Positions 30,701 through 42,841 of a stretch of DNA of 64,000 nt are shown here, in pieces. Within the stretch, counting starts at the first letter, position 1. Each line of letters opens with the position of its first letter. The notes under the pieces were generated by a model that searched no databases, had not been told where the DNA came from, and saw only the letters and a program-made list of their open reading frames with translations. The DNA comes from Vicinamibacteria bacterium. GTDB taxonomy: Bacteria > Acidobacteriota > Vicinamibacteria > Marinacidobacterales > Marinacidobacteraceae. The stretch spans positions 3,136,001 through 3,200,000 of the forward strand of contig CAXXLQ010000004.1 of the NCBI GenBank assembly GCA_963668695.2. The letters are read 5' to 3'. The position numbers were made by a program, and so were the translations under genes.

Positions 30701-31630
30701 ATGTTCCTGCTCGGACAGCGGATCGGAAACTACGAGATCCAGCGAAGCATCGGCCGCGGTACGTTCGGAGCCGTCTATCTCGTTCGGGACGTCTTCCTCG
30801 ACCGGCTGCGGGCCGTCAAGGTTCCCCACGACCAAACCCCGACGGGGCGCGAAGCGATCCTGCGTGAATCCCGCCTGCTGGCCACCCTGGAACACCCAAA
30901 CATCGTCCGCCTGATCACCTGCGACGAGCACGAGGACACGCTGTTCGTGGTTATGGAATGGGTGGAGGGCGCCTCACTGGCGCGCCGCCTCGAGAACGAG
31001 GCGGCGATCTCGACAGCCGTCGCCATCCGGATCGCCCGGCAGGTACTTTCCGGGTTGGCCCATGCCCATGAGCAGAAGCTGCTTCACGGCGACATCAGCG
31101 CCGACAACATCCTGCTCTCCGGCGATGTGGCCAAGATCACGGACTTCGGAATGGCCCGCACCGTCCACGTTGCCGAGCATGACGCGCGCCAGATCGGAAA
31201 TCCCTACTACCTGGCGCCGGAGCAGTTCCAGGCCGAAGCGGTCTTCGCGTCCGATGTCTATGCGGTCGGGGTCGTCCTCTACCAGATGCTCACCGGCGCG
31301 CTTCCCTATCGGGACGCCGACCCGGAACGCCAAAGGGTGCTGGTTGAAACCGGAGGCAACAACCATCCCCGAAAACACAACCCGGCGGTGTCGCAAGACC
31401 TCGACGCCGTAGTCGCGAAGGCGCTCGCGCCCCAGGTTTCAGAGCGCTACGCCACTGCGGAGGCCGTGCTCAGCGATCTCCGGGAGTTGGCTTCCTTTGG
31501 CCCGGAACCGGAAGAGCGGGACGCCGTCCTGAGCCGGATCCGGGAAGCCGAGCGGCGGCCCCGCAACTGTTGGAACTGCGGACGGCCGCGCCATCCGGAC
31601 GCCTTTCAGTGCGCCCACTGCGGGGCGTGA
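30701..31630 (+). CDS. Soluble Hanks-type Ser/Thr protein kinase with C-terminal zinc ribbon
   Basis: GRGTFGAV, AVK, HPNIV, HGDISADN, DFG, APE, SDVYAVG; C-terminal CWNC..CAHC; no TM segment. Confidence 0.9.
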   Translation: MFLLGQRIGNYEIQRSIGRGTFGAVYLVRDVFLDRLRAVKVPHDQTPTGREAILRESRLLATLEHPNIVRLITCDEHEDTLFVVMEWVEGASLARRLENEAAISTAVAIRIARQVLSGLAHAHEQKLLHGDISADNILLSGDVAKITDFGMARTVHVAEHDARQIGNPYYLAPEQFQAEAVFASDVYAVGVVLYQMLTGALPYRDADPERQRVLVETGGNNHPRKHNPAVSQDLDAVVAKALAPQVSERYATAEAVLSDLRELASFGPEPEERDAVLSRIREAERRPRNCWNCGRPRHPDAFQCAHCGA

Positions 31631-31672
31631 AATCGCTCCGGCCAGGAGCCGGAAGGTGGTGGCTACCGGAGT

Positions 31673-31910
31673 TAACAGCCTGTGGTGGAACCCACGCGGC
31701 GTTTGGCCAGCGATCCATCCCGGCCAAACAGCCTGTGGTGGAACCCACGCGGCGTTTGGCCAGCGATCCATCCCGGCTGAACCGCGTCGCTTCGCGCCGC
31801 TCATCGTTGTGTTTCGGTCGAAATACACCCGATATTCCTCCCTCACGCGCCTTGTCAGCCGGGCGCCTCCCCGGCCTTGGCGCTCACCCGGGTGCCACCA
31901 CAGGCTGTTA
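31673..31910. mobile_element. Family A element with duplicated terminal segment
   Basis: TA|ACAGCCTGTGGTGGAACCC repeated twice, ending CCACAGGCTGT|TA. Confidence 0.85.
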
Positions 31911-31954
31911 AATCCGACCCAGAGGCGGCCAGCCTTGGCGTTAGTCTCCCGCCC

Positions 31955-32511
31955 ATGTCCCGCAGCCCGGACCCGCCGTCCCGGCCCCCCCGGACGGCGT
32001 GGGTTGCCGCCATCGGCATGCTGGCCCGGCGGGATCTGAGCGAGGGAGAAGTGCGGACGAAGCTCCTCGCGCGGGAGTTCGCGGAAGATGAGGTCGAAGA
32101 GGCCCTTTCCCGGCTACTGAGACGCCGCTACCTCGACGACCGCTCGCTCGCGGCTGCGGTGGTGCGCGCTCAGGTGCGGACGAAACATCAGGGCCCGCTC
32201 AAGGTGAAGGCGTACTTGCAGCGGCGGCAGATCCCCGCGGAACTGGCAGAGGAAGCCATCCGGGCGGAGTTCCCCGACGGGGCTGAAAACGAGCGTGCGG
32301 TGATCGCGCTCCAAAGGATGTGGCGTCGCGCTGCGGGTGGAGACGCAGAGGGGGACTCGGCGGCAGCGGAACCGGAACCCCGGAACCGGAAGGAGACAGG
32401 TCGTCTCTTCCGGCACCTGGTTTCCCGGGGCTACTCGTGGGCAGCGGCCCGGCACGCCCTTTCGTCCGACATCAACGCCCCCAGCGAGGAGCGTGATCGG
32501 GAGATCGAGAG

Positions 32512-32515
<4 letters not shown>
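31955..32515 (+). CDS. recX: Regulatory protein RecX
   Basis: LARRDLSEGEVRTKL, YLDDRSLA, GPLKV, LVSRGY; upstream of alaS. Confidence 0.85.
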
Positions 32516-35211
<2,696 letters not shown>

Positions 35212-35279
35212 CCCCCGAGCGCCTGGGGGCACCGGCCGGGGGGCACCGGCCGGGCAGCAGCCCGACCGGCCGCGAAGCG

Positions 35280-36008
35280 TCAGACAACCCGTCCGGGGCG
35301 CGCGCCGGTTCCCTCTTCCCGGGTTTCCTCGATGCCCAGCCGGTTCCTCATGAACCACACCGCTCCATAGACGAGCGGGGTGTCGAGGATGGCGACGAAC
35401 CACTTGAAGACCACCCCGTTGGCGATCAGGATCGGCACCCGCTCGATGGTGATTTCCTCGGCGCCGAGCAGAGCGAGGACAGTGGTGATCAGGATGGTGT
35501 CCACGAGTTGCGAGGTAAACGTCGAGGCGTTGTTGCGAAGCCACAGATGGCGCCCGCCGGTTCGTCGCTTCCAGTAGTGGAACAGGCGGACATCCAGATA
35601 CTGGGCGCCCAGGTACGCGCACATGGAGGCGGTAACCGCGACCGACTGGATCCCGAACACCAGGTCGAACGTCGCGTCGTCCACCGCGCTCCAGTCGGCG
35701 GCGGGCATCACATTGGAGAGCGCCACCAGCCCCACCACGAAGATGCTCGCAAAGAACCCGGCGGTCACCAGTTGGCTCACCCGGCGGCGGCCATAGAACT
35801 CGGACAGGACGTCGGTACAGATGAAGGTGACCGGATACGCCAGGATCCCGACCGAGAGTTCCATCTGCGGGTTCAGGCCGAGAAGGCCGAGAGCCGGGAT
35901 CTCCCAGACGAAGAACTTGCGGAAGATCAGATTGCAGGCGATGAGCGCCGCGATGAAGACCGCGGCGAGGGTCAGGAAGGCCTGTTCCCTGACGCGCGGG
36001 TTTTCCAC
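35280..36008 (-). CDS. Queuosine precursor transporter (YhhQ/VUT family)
   Basis: YPVTFICTDVLSEFYG, AQYLDV, LWLRNNAST..SQLVDT, AILDTP. Confidence 0.88.
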   Translation of the reverse strand: MENPRVREQAFLTLAAVFIAALIACNLIFRKFFVWEIPALGLLGLNPQMELSVGILAYPVTFICTDVLSEFYGRRRVSQLVTAGFFASIFVVGLVALSNVMPAADWSAVDDATFDLVFGIQSVAVTASMCAYLGAQYLDVRLFHYWKRRTGGRHLWLRNNASTFTSQLVDTILITTVLALLGAEEITIERVPILIANGVVFKWFVAILDTPLVYGAVWFMRNRLGIEETREEGTGARPGRVV

Positions 36009-36014
36009 GATCCG

Positions 36015-36902
36015 CTACTCGGGCGACCCGAGGTCGGGTGAAACCCGCAGCAAGGCGCCATAGGTGTCGACCCGCCGGTCCCGAAAGAACTGGAGCAGTT
36101 CGCGCAGTTCACGGTTCTTCCCGAAGTCAAGATCCGCAAACACGATTTCGGGATCTTCGCCCCCCCGCGCCATCACCTCGCCGAAAGGATCGCAAACGAA
36201 ACTGCCGCCGTAGTAGGTCATCGGGCCTTCGACACCAACCCGGTTGGGAGCCCCGACGAAGACGCCGTTCGCGATCGCGTGGCCACGCATGACCGTCCGC
36301 CAGGCGTCTTCCGAGGAGTAGCCCGGCCGATCCGGCTCGCTACCGATCGCGGTCGGGAACAGGAGGAGGTCGGCGCCGCCAAGGGCGAGCAGGCGGGCCG
36401 TTTCGGGAAACCACGAATCCCAGCAGACCCCCACTCCGATCCGCCCGAAGGCCGTCTCCCACACCGGATACCCGCGGTCTCCCGGTGTGAAGTAGTACTT
36501 TTCGTGATAGCCGGGTCCGTCCGGGATGTGATTCTTCCGGTAGGAACCGAGGTAGCTGCCGTCGGCGTCATAGACGACGGCCGTGTTGAACAGCACTCCG
36601 GGGGCAGCCTCCTCGAAGACCGGTACCACCAGCACGATTCCCAGTTCGGCGGCCAGCCGACCCAGTTCCCCAACCCGCTCCGAGGGCTGTCGCTCGGCGT
36701 ACCGCCAGGACTCCACCGCGACCAGCCGCGGAAAGTACGGCAGGTCGTACAACTCGGGGAGGCAGACGATGCGAGCCCCGCCGGCCGCCGCCTTGCGAAT
36801 GGCAGTCACGGCTCCTTCGTGCGCAGCGTCGCGGTCAGATTCGATCGCGCGTTGGATCAGGGCGAGCCGGGGCTGTCCTTCGGGTTTCTGATCGGGATTC
36901 AT
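36015..36902 (-). CDS. aguB: N-carbamoylputrescine amidase (nitrilase family)
   Basis: LPELY, YRKNHIPDGPGYHEKYYFTPGD, VCWDSWFPE, PTAIGSEP, FFRDRR; clustered with agmatine deiminase. Confidence 0.85.
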   Translation of the reverse strand: MNPDQKPEGQPRLALIQRAIESDRDAAHEGAVTAIRKAAAGGARIVCLPELYDLPYFPRLVAVESWRYAERQPSERVGELGRLAAELGIVLVVPVFEEAAPGVLFNTAVVYDADGSYLGSYRKNHIPDGPGYHEKYYFTPGDRGYPVWETAFGRIGVGVCWDSWFPETARLLALGGADLLLFPTAIGSEPDRPGYSSEDAWRTVMRGHAIANGVFVGAPNRVGVEGPMTYYGGSFVCDPFGEVMARGGEDPEIVFADLDFGKNRELRELLQFFRDRRVDTYGALLRVSPDLGSPE

Positions 36903-36986
36903 CGGGTAATTCTGTCGCGACTGATCGTGTCGTGACCGGGCTCCGGAACAAGGCAGCGAAAAAGTGCTCGACCTGTCCCCAGGCTG

Positions 36987-38369
36987 CTAGCCCGAGATCA
37001 GACCGAGGAGAACGAAACCGATGAGCGCGGCGGCGGCCCCGATCAGGGCGTACGGCAACTGCGTCCTGACGTGCTCCACCAGGGAGCATCCGGCGCTTCG
37101 CGCAGCGAGCACCGTGGCATCGCCGTAGAAGCAGGCGTGGGAACCGAAGGCGCCCGCGGAGACCAATGCTCCCAGGGTAAGCGGCAGAGGAGCCCCCAGT
37201 TCGCTCGCCAGGCCAACGACTACGGGCATGCTGACCGAGTAGGCCCCCCAGAACGACCCGGTGGCGAATGCCACTCCGGACAGGGCCACAAACACCAGCG
37301 CCGGGAGCATCCAGGCGCTCGCAATCGGCCGCACGCTACCGATGACGAACTCGGTCAATCCGAGCGAAGCGTTCACATCCCGGAGGACGAAAGAAACGAG
37401 CACGATCCCGAGGGGATAGACCATCTTTTCCATCCCGAGAAAGGCGCCGTCGGCGACGGGGCCGAGACCACCCGCCGGACGGACCAGACCAGTCAGCAGC
37501 AGCGCCACTCCCAGCGCCGCCACGACGCCGAACAGCGCGTCCCCACCAAGCGCCAGGGTGGCCGCCGGCAGAGTCAGGATGGGGAGCACAAACGCCGGGG
37601 TACGGAGCCCGGGCCGAGCGGGCGGGCCCGCGGTAGGCGGCGGCTCCAGGCCTTCGTCGAGCGCGGCGGCCTGCGGGACCCTCCCGGAGCGGACGGCCCG
37701 CTCGGAGTCCGCCATCGGCCCGAAATCGCGTACCGCCCCCACGATGACGGCCAGCACCAGCATTACCGCGAACCACGGGTAGAGGAGGTAGGGAATGATG
37801 GATGCGTAGAGACCGATCCCGCCGCCCGGACCGGCGAGCCCGTTCTGCTCGAAGAGCCCGGCGATGAAAACCGTCCAGGTCGAAGCCGGGATCAGGACGC
37901 AGATCGGGGCCGCCGTGCTGTCCACCACGTAGGCGAGGCGAGCGCGGGAAATTCCGATCCGGTCCGCCGCCCCCCGGAAGGCCGCTCCAACCGCCAGGGC
38001 GTTCAGGTAGTCGTCCACGAAGGTGACGATGCCGAGTCCGAAGGCGGCGAGTAGCACCCCGCGGCGGGTCCGGAGCTTCCGGGACAGCGCCTCGCCGAAA
38101 GCGCGGGAGCCGCCCGCGCGGGCAAGGATCCCGATGAGGGCGCCGAAGAGCATCACGACCAACACCACCCAAACGCTCGTCGGTTCGGCCATCACCGACT
38201 GGAGGTTCTCAAGGAAGGCGCCAAGAAAGCCGCCTCGGGAGAGCATCAGGTGGCCGAGCAGCGATCCGAAGATCAGCGCCTCAAGAGGGCGGCGGGTGAG
38301 GACCGCCAGGCCCAGCACCGCAAGGCTCGGGATGAGGCTGAGGGCCCCCCACCCCTCGACGCCGCTCAC
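36987..38369 (-). CDS. NhaC-family Na+/H+ antiporter-like transporter
   Basis: FVDDYLNAL, LAYVVDSTAAP, FATGSFWG, FGSHACFYGDAT. Confidence 0.85.
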   Translation of the reverse strand: MSGVEGWGALSLIPSLAVLGLAVLTRRPLEALIFGSLLGHLMLSRGGFLGAFLENLQSVMAEPTSVWVVLVVMLFGALIGILARAGGSRAFGEALSRKLRTRRGVLLAAFGLGIVTFVDDYLNALAVGAAFRGAADRIGISRARLAYVVDSTAAPICVLIPASTWTVFIAGLFEQNGLAGPGGGIGLYASIIPYLLYPWFAVMLVLAVIVGAVRDFGPMADSERAVRSGRVPQAAALDEGLEPPPTAGPPARPGLRTPAFVLPILTLPAATLALGGDALFGVVAALGVALLLTGLVRPAGGLGPVADGAFLGMEKMVYPLGIVLVSFVLRDVNASLGLTEFVIGSVRPIASAWMLPALVFVALSGVAFATGSFWGAYSVSMPVVVGLASELGAPLPLTLGALVSAGAFGSHACFYGDATVLAARSAGCSLVEHVRTQLPYALIGAAAALIGFVLLGLISG

Positions 38370-38479
38370 GCGAGTGGGGTTCCGGGGTGCTGGGGGCTAC
38401 CGGTGGTCATAGCGGGATCCTGGGCGCAGCACGCCCCGGCCCGGTGCGCGTGGCACGTTTCGCCCCTGCGGGGGACGAT

Positions 38480-39260
38480 GCCGGCCCCCACCGGGAGAAC
38501 TGGCCAGAGGTCGGCGTTCCCCTGCCCGGCCGCGCTCGGAGTGCATCGGCCGTGAGCGGTTTCGCCCGCGTTCCGGGAGCGATGCCGGTGTGAACACCGG
38601 CGTTCCCCGTACGCGCTGCCCTTCCGGTGGGTCGGCGCATCGCTCTACGCGCAAAAACTGATGGCGGCGAACGCCGTTCGCTGCCCACCAGATCGGGGGG
38701 TGGGTGTGGGCGGGGGCACTCCCCCGCCCACAAGAAGGTAAAGACAAATCGGAACTCGCCGCAGCGCGCCTACGGCGCGCAAGGGAGTTTCGATTTCCGG
38801 CGCGAAGCGCCGGGCGGTTCGGGAACCGGGGTGCGACGCCCAACTTCTCTGATAGCACATCGGTACCTGCCCGATCTCTCGTCGCACTCCGGTTACCGGA
38901 ACGCTCGACTCCGAGGCGCGAAGCGCCGGGCGGTTCGGGAACCGGGGTGCGACGCCCAACTTCTCTGATAGCACATCGGTACCTGCCCGATCTCTCGTCG
39001 CACTCCGGTTACCGGAACGCTCGACTCCGAGGCGCGAAGCGCCGGGCGGTTCGGGAACCGGGGTGCGACGCCCAACCTCTCTGACAGCACATCGGTACCT
39101 GCCCGATCTCTCGTCGCACTCCGGTTACCGGAACGCTCGACTCCGAGGCGCGAAGCGCCGGTCGGTCCGGTAGCGGGGTGCGACGCCTGGTCGCCCCTGA
39201 GATCTCCCCATCATGCGACCAGATCACCCCGTCGCACCCCGTTACCGGACCGCGCGAGGC
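38480..39260. repeat. Family B structured repeat with its 116-bp module amplified (three near-identical copies plus one diverged)
   Basis: GGCGCGAAGCGCCGG units start at 38799, 38915, 39031 and 39147 (period 116). Confidence 0.9.
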
Positions 39261-40996
39261 TCAGGCTCCTGTTGAAGGATGCAGTGAATCCCGCCGCCAC
39301 CCAGGTTGACGGCGATCGCGTCGAGGGCGAGCACTTCCCGGCCCGGAAACACCTCGGCCAGGATGGCGAGTGCCCGTTCATCCTTGGCGCGCACGCTCTC
39401 GGGCATTCCCGCCTTCCAGTATTTCTGGGCCAGGACGAGCCCGTTCGTGATCTGGAAGTTGAGATAGCTCGCGGCCGCGATGACCCGGATCTCGCCCTCG
39501 GGATCGATCCGGGATCCGTCTTCGTAGTCGAGCGGCTGAATGTAGTCGAACACCCCGTCGCCTTTCCGCATCGTGTCGAGAAGGGAATCCGGAACCGGCA
39601 TCCGCACAATCCGGAAGGGGTTGCCGTCCTGATCCGTCGCGGCGCGGAGTCTCCGGAAGCTCTCCTCCAGGCGCTCATGGCTGATGGCGGCGATGGGATC
39701 CGTCTGCCGTTCCTCTTCCGTTATCTCGGCGAGGAGGATGGTTTCCGGGTCGGCAAACCGGGCGAACTCGTCCACGTGACCGCCGGTGGTGATGACGGTG
39801 TAGACGTCCCCGGGGAGCCGGCCGCGGAAGGTGAGTTCGTCTTCCGCCATTCCTTCGGCAAGCCAGATGACTTTGGAGACCCCCAGGACCCGGCGGAACT
39901 CCTCTGCCGTGGCTTCGAGGGTCCACCCGGGATTGCGTTGGAGTTCCACCGCCTCCACCGCGATCATCACGCCCCGGCCGTTGAACTCCCGGGAGCCTCC
40001 TTCGCTGATGAGCGATGACTTCTCGACGTCGAGATCGAGCAGTTCCGCGATGTGCCGGTCAACCGCCTCTTCAAGTCTGGAGTTGGCGCTCTCCGGCGAT
40101 TCATAGCCCCACATGTTGAAGCCGAAGTCGGCGATCCGGAGTCCGCCCCGATCGCCGCGCAGGAAAATGGGCCCCATGTCCCGCATCCAGACATCGCCGT
40201 GGGGCACGCTGTGAATGGTCACGTGACCACCGGGGACCCCCTCCCGCCGGAAGCGATCGCGGATGGCGCCGGCTTCGTCGTCGTCCTGGGCCAGCAGTTC
40301 GATCGCCACCCGACCCTCGGCGGCGCGGATGATTTCGATCAGCAGCGGTTCGGTCGGCAACCCGCGCTTGTTCTCGTAGGTCGGCCACGCCATCCAGAGG
40401 GCCCGGTGGGGCTCGAACTCCGCCGGAAAGACGAACGCCTCCCCGAGCGGACCCATCACCGGTTCGCCACTCGGCGCTCCCCCGCACGACCAGAGTCCGA
40501 GCGCCAGCAGAGCGGGCGGGATTCGTAGCAGCCGGTGGTGAAACCCGGGTGAGCGCCGAGGCCGGGGAGGCCCAGTTCTCCCGGTGGGGCCAGTTCTCCC
40601 GGTGGGGGCCCGGCTGACAAGGCGCGTGAGGGAGGAATACCGAGTGTATTTCGACCGAAACGCAACGATGAGCGGCGCGCAGCGACGCGGGTAACGGCCG
40701 GTGGTGGAACCCGGGTGAGCGCCGAGGCCGGGGAGGCCCAGTTCTCCCGGTGGGGCCAGTTCTCCCGGTGGGGGCCCGGCTGACAAGGCGCGTGAGGGAG
40801 GAATACCGAGTGTATTTCGACCGAAACGCAACGATGAGCGGCGCGTAGCGACGCGGTTCAGCCGGGATGGATCGTCGGCCGAACGCCGCGCGGGTTTCAT
40901 TACAGGCTGTTTGGCCGGGATGGATCGCCGGCCGAACGCCGCCTGGGTTTCACCACCGGCTGCTAGGGCGCTGCGACCGCTAGTCGAACACCACAT
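39242..40996 (-). CDS. aguA: Agmatine deiminase (PPAD family), predicted lipoprotein, with a 438-bp in-frame element insertion in its signal peptide
   Basis: FPAEFEPH, WMRDMGP, EGGS, GHVD, SYLNF, GGGIHCILQQEP; lipobox LWSC; ATG 40996 lies 7 nt after TATAGT; start assignment is inference. Confidence 0.85.
   Translation of the reverse strand: MWCSTSGRSALAAGGETQAAFGRRSIPAKQPVMKPARRSADDPSRLNRVATRRSSLRFGRNTLGIPPSRALSAGPPPGELAPPGELGLPGLGAHPGSTTGRYPRRCAPLIVAFRSKYTRYSSLTRLVSRAPTGRTGPTGRTGPPRPRRSPGFHHRLLRIPPALLALGLWSCGGAPSGEPVMGPLGEAFVFPAEFEPHRALWMAWPTYENKRGLPTEPLLIEIIRAAEGRVAIELLAQDDDEAGAIRDRFRREGVPGGHVTIHSVPHGDVWMRDMGPIFLRGDRGGLRIADFGFNMWGYESPESANSRLEEAVDRHIAELLDLDVEKSSLISEGGSREFNGRGVMIAVEAVELQRNPGWTLEATAEEFRRVLGVSKVIWLAEGMAEDELTFRGRLPGDVYTVITTGGHVDEFARFADPETILLAEITEEERQTDPIAAISHERLEESFRRLRAATDQDGNPFRIVRMPVPDSLLDTMRKGDGVFDYIQPLDYEDGSRIDPEGEIRVIAAASYLNFQITNGLVLAQKYWKAGMPESVRAKDERALAILAEVFPGREVLALDAIAVNLGGGGIHCILQQEPEPRAVR
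40526..40965. mobile_element. Composite family A element inside the aguA 5' coding region
   Basis: TA|GCAGCCGGTGGTGAAACCC...GGGTTTCACCACCGGCTGC|TA; four U inserts. Confidence 0.88.
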
Positions 40997-41072
40997 CGCC
41001 CCGACTATACTGAGCCGGCTGCGGTCCGAAGCCGCCTCTGTCGGGTCTCGGAGACCATTCGCACGAGACGAC

Positions 41073-41363
41073 ATGGACGAGAACGAGTTTCTGGGGATCG
41101 CCGAACTGGCGTCGCTCGCGGTGCCTCACGATCCCAAAGACCGGGAGGCCTTCTGGCAGGCGCGCACCGTGCTCCGGGCCTTTGCCCGCCGCGTCACCCG
41201 CATGTCCGACGCCACCCGAACTCCGTCCGGAAGCCCGAGGGCGGGCCAGGCGTCATGTCCGCTCCGTCCCGACGATCCAAAGGGCGGCCTCCCGGAAGGC
41301 GCCGCCTTCGAAATCGCCCCGGAAACCGGAGAGCGTCTGATTCAGGTTCCCCGGGTACTCTGA
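41073..41363 (+). CDS. gatC: Asp-tRNA(Asn)/Glu-tRNA(Gln) amidotransferase subunit C (divergent)
   Basis: 96 aa; IAELASL near the N-terminus, PLRPD..APE..IQVPRVL at the C-terminus; directly upstream of gatA. Confidence 0.72.
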   Translation: MDENEFLGIAELASLAVPHDPKDREAFWQARTVLRAFARRVTRMSDATRTPSGSPRAGQASCPLRPDDPKGGLPEGAAFEIAPETGERLIQVPRVL

Positions 41364-41371
41364 GAACCGGA

Positions 41372-42841
41372 GTGCCGACTTCCGATCGCGGGCCGTCCGC
41401 AGCCTCGGGAGCGCGCGGGGAACCGAGCCTGGCCGCGGCAACGGAGGCCGCACTCGAGCGCGCGGAGGAAATCAACCGGCGAATCCACGCGTTCCTGCAT
41501 CTCGACCGCGAGGGCGCCCTCGCCACCGCCAGGGCGCTCGATCGGCAGTCGCCGGATTGCCGGGGCCCTCTGTTCGGACTTCCGGTTGGCGTGAAGGACA
41601 ACATCGCCGTCCGGGGACTGCCTTCGACTTCCGGCTCCGCCCTGCTTCGCGATTACCGGGCGCCCTACGATGCCACCGTCGTCGAACGCCTCCGGAAGGC
41701 GGGCACGGTCATCCTCGGCACCGCCAACCTCGACGAGTTCGGAATGGGCTCCTCGACCACCATGGGCTTTCGGGGCCCCACGCGGAATCCGCTAGATCCC
41801 ACCCGGATCACCGGCGGTTCGTCCGGCGGCCCGGCGGCGGCGGTCGCCGCAGGTGCGATCACGGCAGCACTCGGAACCGACACCGGCGGCTCCGTGCGCC
41901 AGCCGGCCGCACATTGCGGCATCTACGCCATCCGTCCCACCTACGGCCGAGTTTCCCGCTACGGCATCACGGCGTACGCCTCCTCGTTCGACCAGGTCGG
42001 CTGTCTCGCCACCGATTTGCGCGTTTTGGGACGCGTCCTTTCCCAAATCGCCGGCGTCGATTCCCGAGACGCGACGAGCGTGTCCCGGGAGGTTCCCGAC
42101 TTCGCGGCCGCCGCGGCCCGACCCGAGCTGCCCCGCCGGATCGTCACGGTGGGGGACGCCGACCTCGAGGTGCTCGACGCTCCCTCGCAGAGGGCGTTTC
42201 ACGCGGCAGTCGGGCGATTTGAGGAGGCCGGCTGCGAGATCCGGCGCATCGGGTTGCCTAACCCCGAGAGCAGCGTCGCCGCCTACTACCTCCTGGCCTG
42301 CGCCGAAGCGAGTTCCAATCTGTCACGGTTCGACGGCATCCGCTACGGACACCGCAGAGCAGGCCAGGAAATCCTGTCGACCACGTTTCGGGAGAGCCGC
42401 ACCCAGGGTTTCGGGACCGAGGTGCGCCGGCGCATCCTGCTCGGGACCACCGTTTTGTCCAGAGGGTACCGGGACGCGATTTACGGGGCGGCTACCGAAG
42501 CGCGCCGACAGATCACCGCGCACGTGCACTCCACCTTCGACCACGGGGCACTGCTCCTGCTCCCGATCACGAAGGTCCCCCCTCGCCGTCTCGCCGATCC
42601 GGTGCCCGCCGCCGCCGACTACGATGGAGACCGGTTCACGATTCTCGCCGCCCTCGCGGGAGTGCCGGCGATCGCCGTCCCGGCGGGCGAGCGGAGCGGC
42701 CTCCCGTTCGGAGTCGAACTGATGGCCCCCCCCTGGAACGAGGCCGCGCTCTTCTCGGCGGCGGCCGCGTTCAGCGCGATCCCGAGCCCCGCCGCCCGGC
42801 GGCCCAGGAGTCCCAGCCCCGGGGCGGCAGAGGTTCGGTGA
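41372..42841 (+). CDS. gatA: Asp-tRNA(Asn)/Glu-tRNA(Gln) amidotransferase subunit A
   Basis: VKDNI, NLDEFGMGSS, GGSSGG, GTDTGGSVRQPA, EASSNLSRFDGIRYG, EVRRRILLGT; start uncertain. Confidence 0.92.
   Translation: MPTSDRGPSAASGARGEPSLAAATEAALERAEEINRRIHAFLHLDREGALATARALDRQSPDCRGPLFGLPVGVKDNIAVRGLPSTSGSALLRDYRAPYDATVVERLRKAGTVILGTANLDEFGMGSSTTMGFRGPTRNPLDPTRITGGSSGGPAAAVAAGAITAALGTDTGGSVRQPAAHCGIYAIRPTYGRVSRYGITAYASSFDQVGCLATDLRVLGRVLSQIAGVDSRDATSVSREVPDFAAAAARPELPRRIVTVGDADLEVLDAPSQRAFHAAVGRFEEAGCEIRRIGLPNPESSVAAYYLLACAEASSNLSRFDGIRYGHRRAGQEILSTTFRESRTQGFGTEVRRRILLGTTVLSRGYRDAIYGAATEARRQITAHVHSTFDHGALLLLPITKVPPRRLADPVPAAADYDGDRFTILAALAGVPAIAVPAGERSGLPFGVELMAPPWNEAALFSAAAAFSAIPSPAARRPRSPSPGAAEVR

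Noticed and set aside
38799-39146. 116-bp tandem units as a CRISPR array or integron attC cassette array
   Set aside because: The first three units are almost identical including the loop; there are no cassette ORFs, no integrase and no clear RYYYAAC/GTTRRRY ends.
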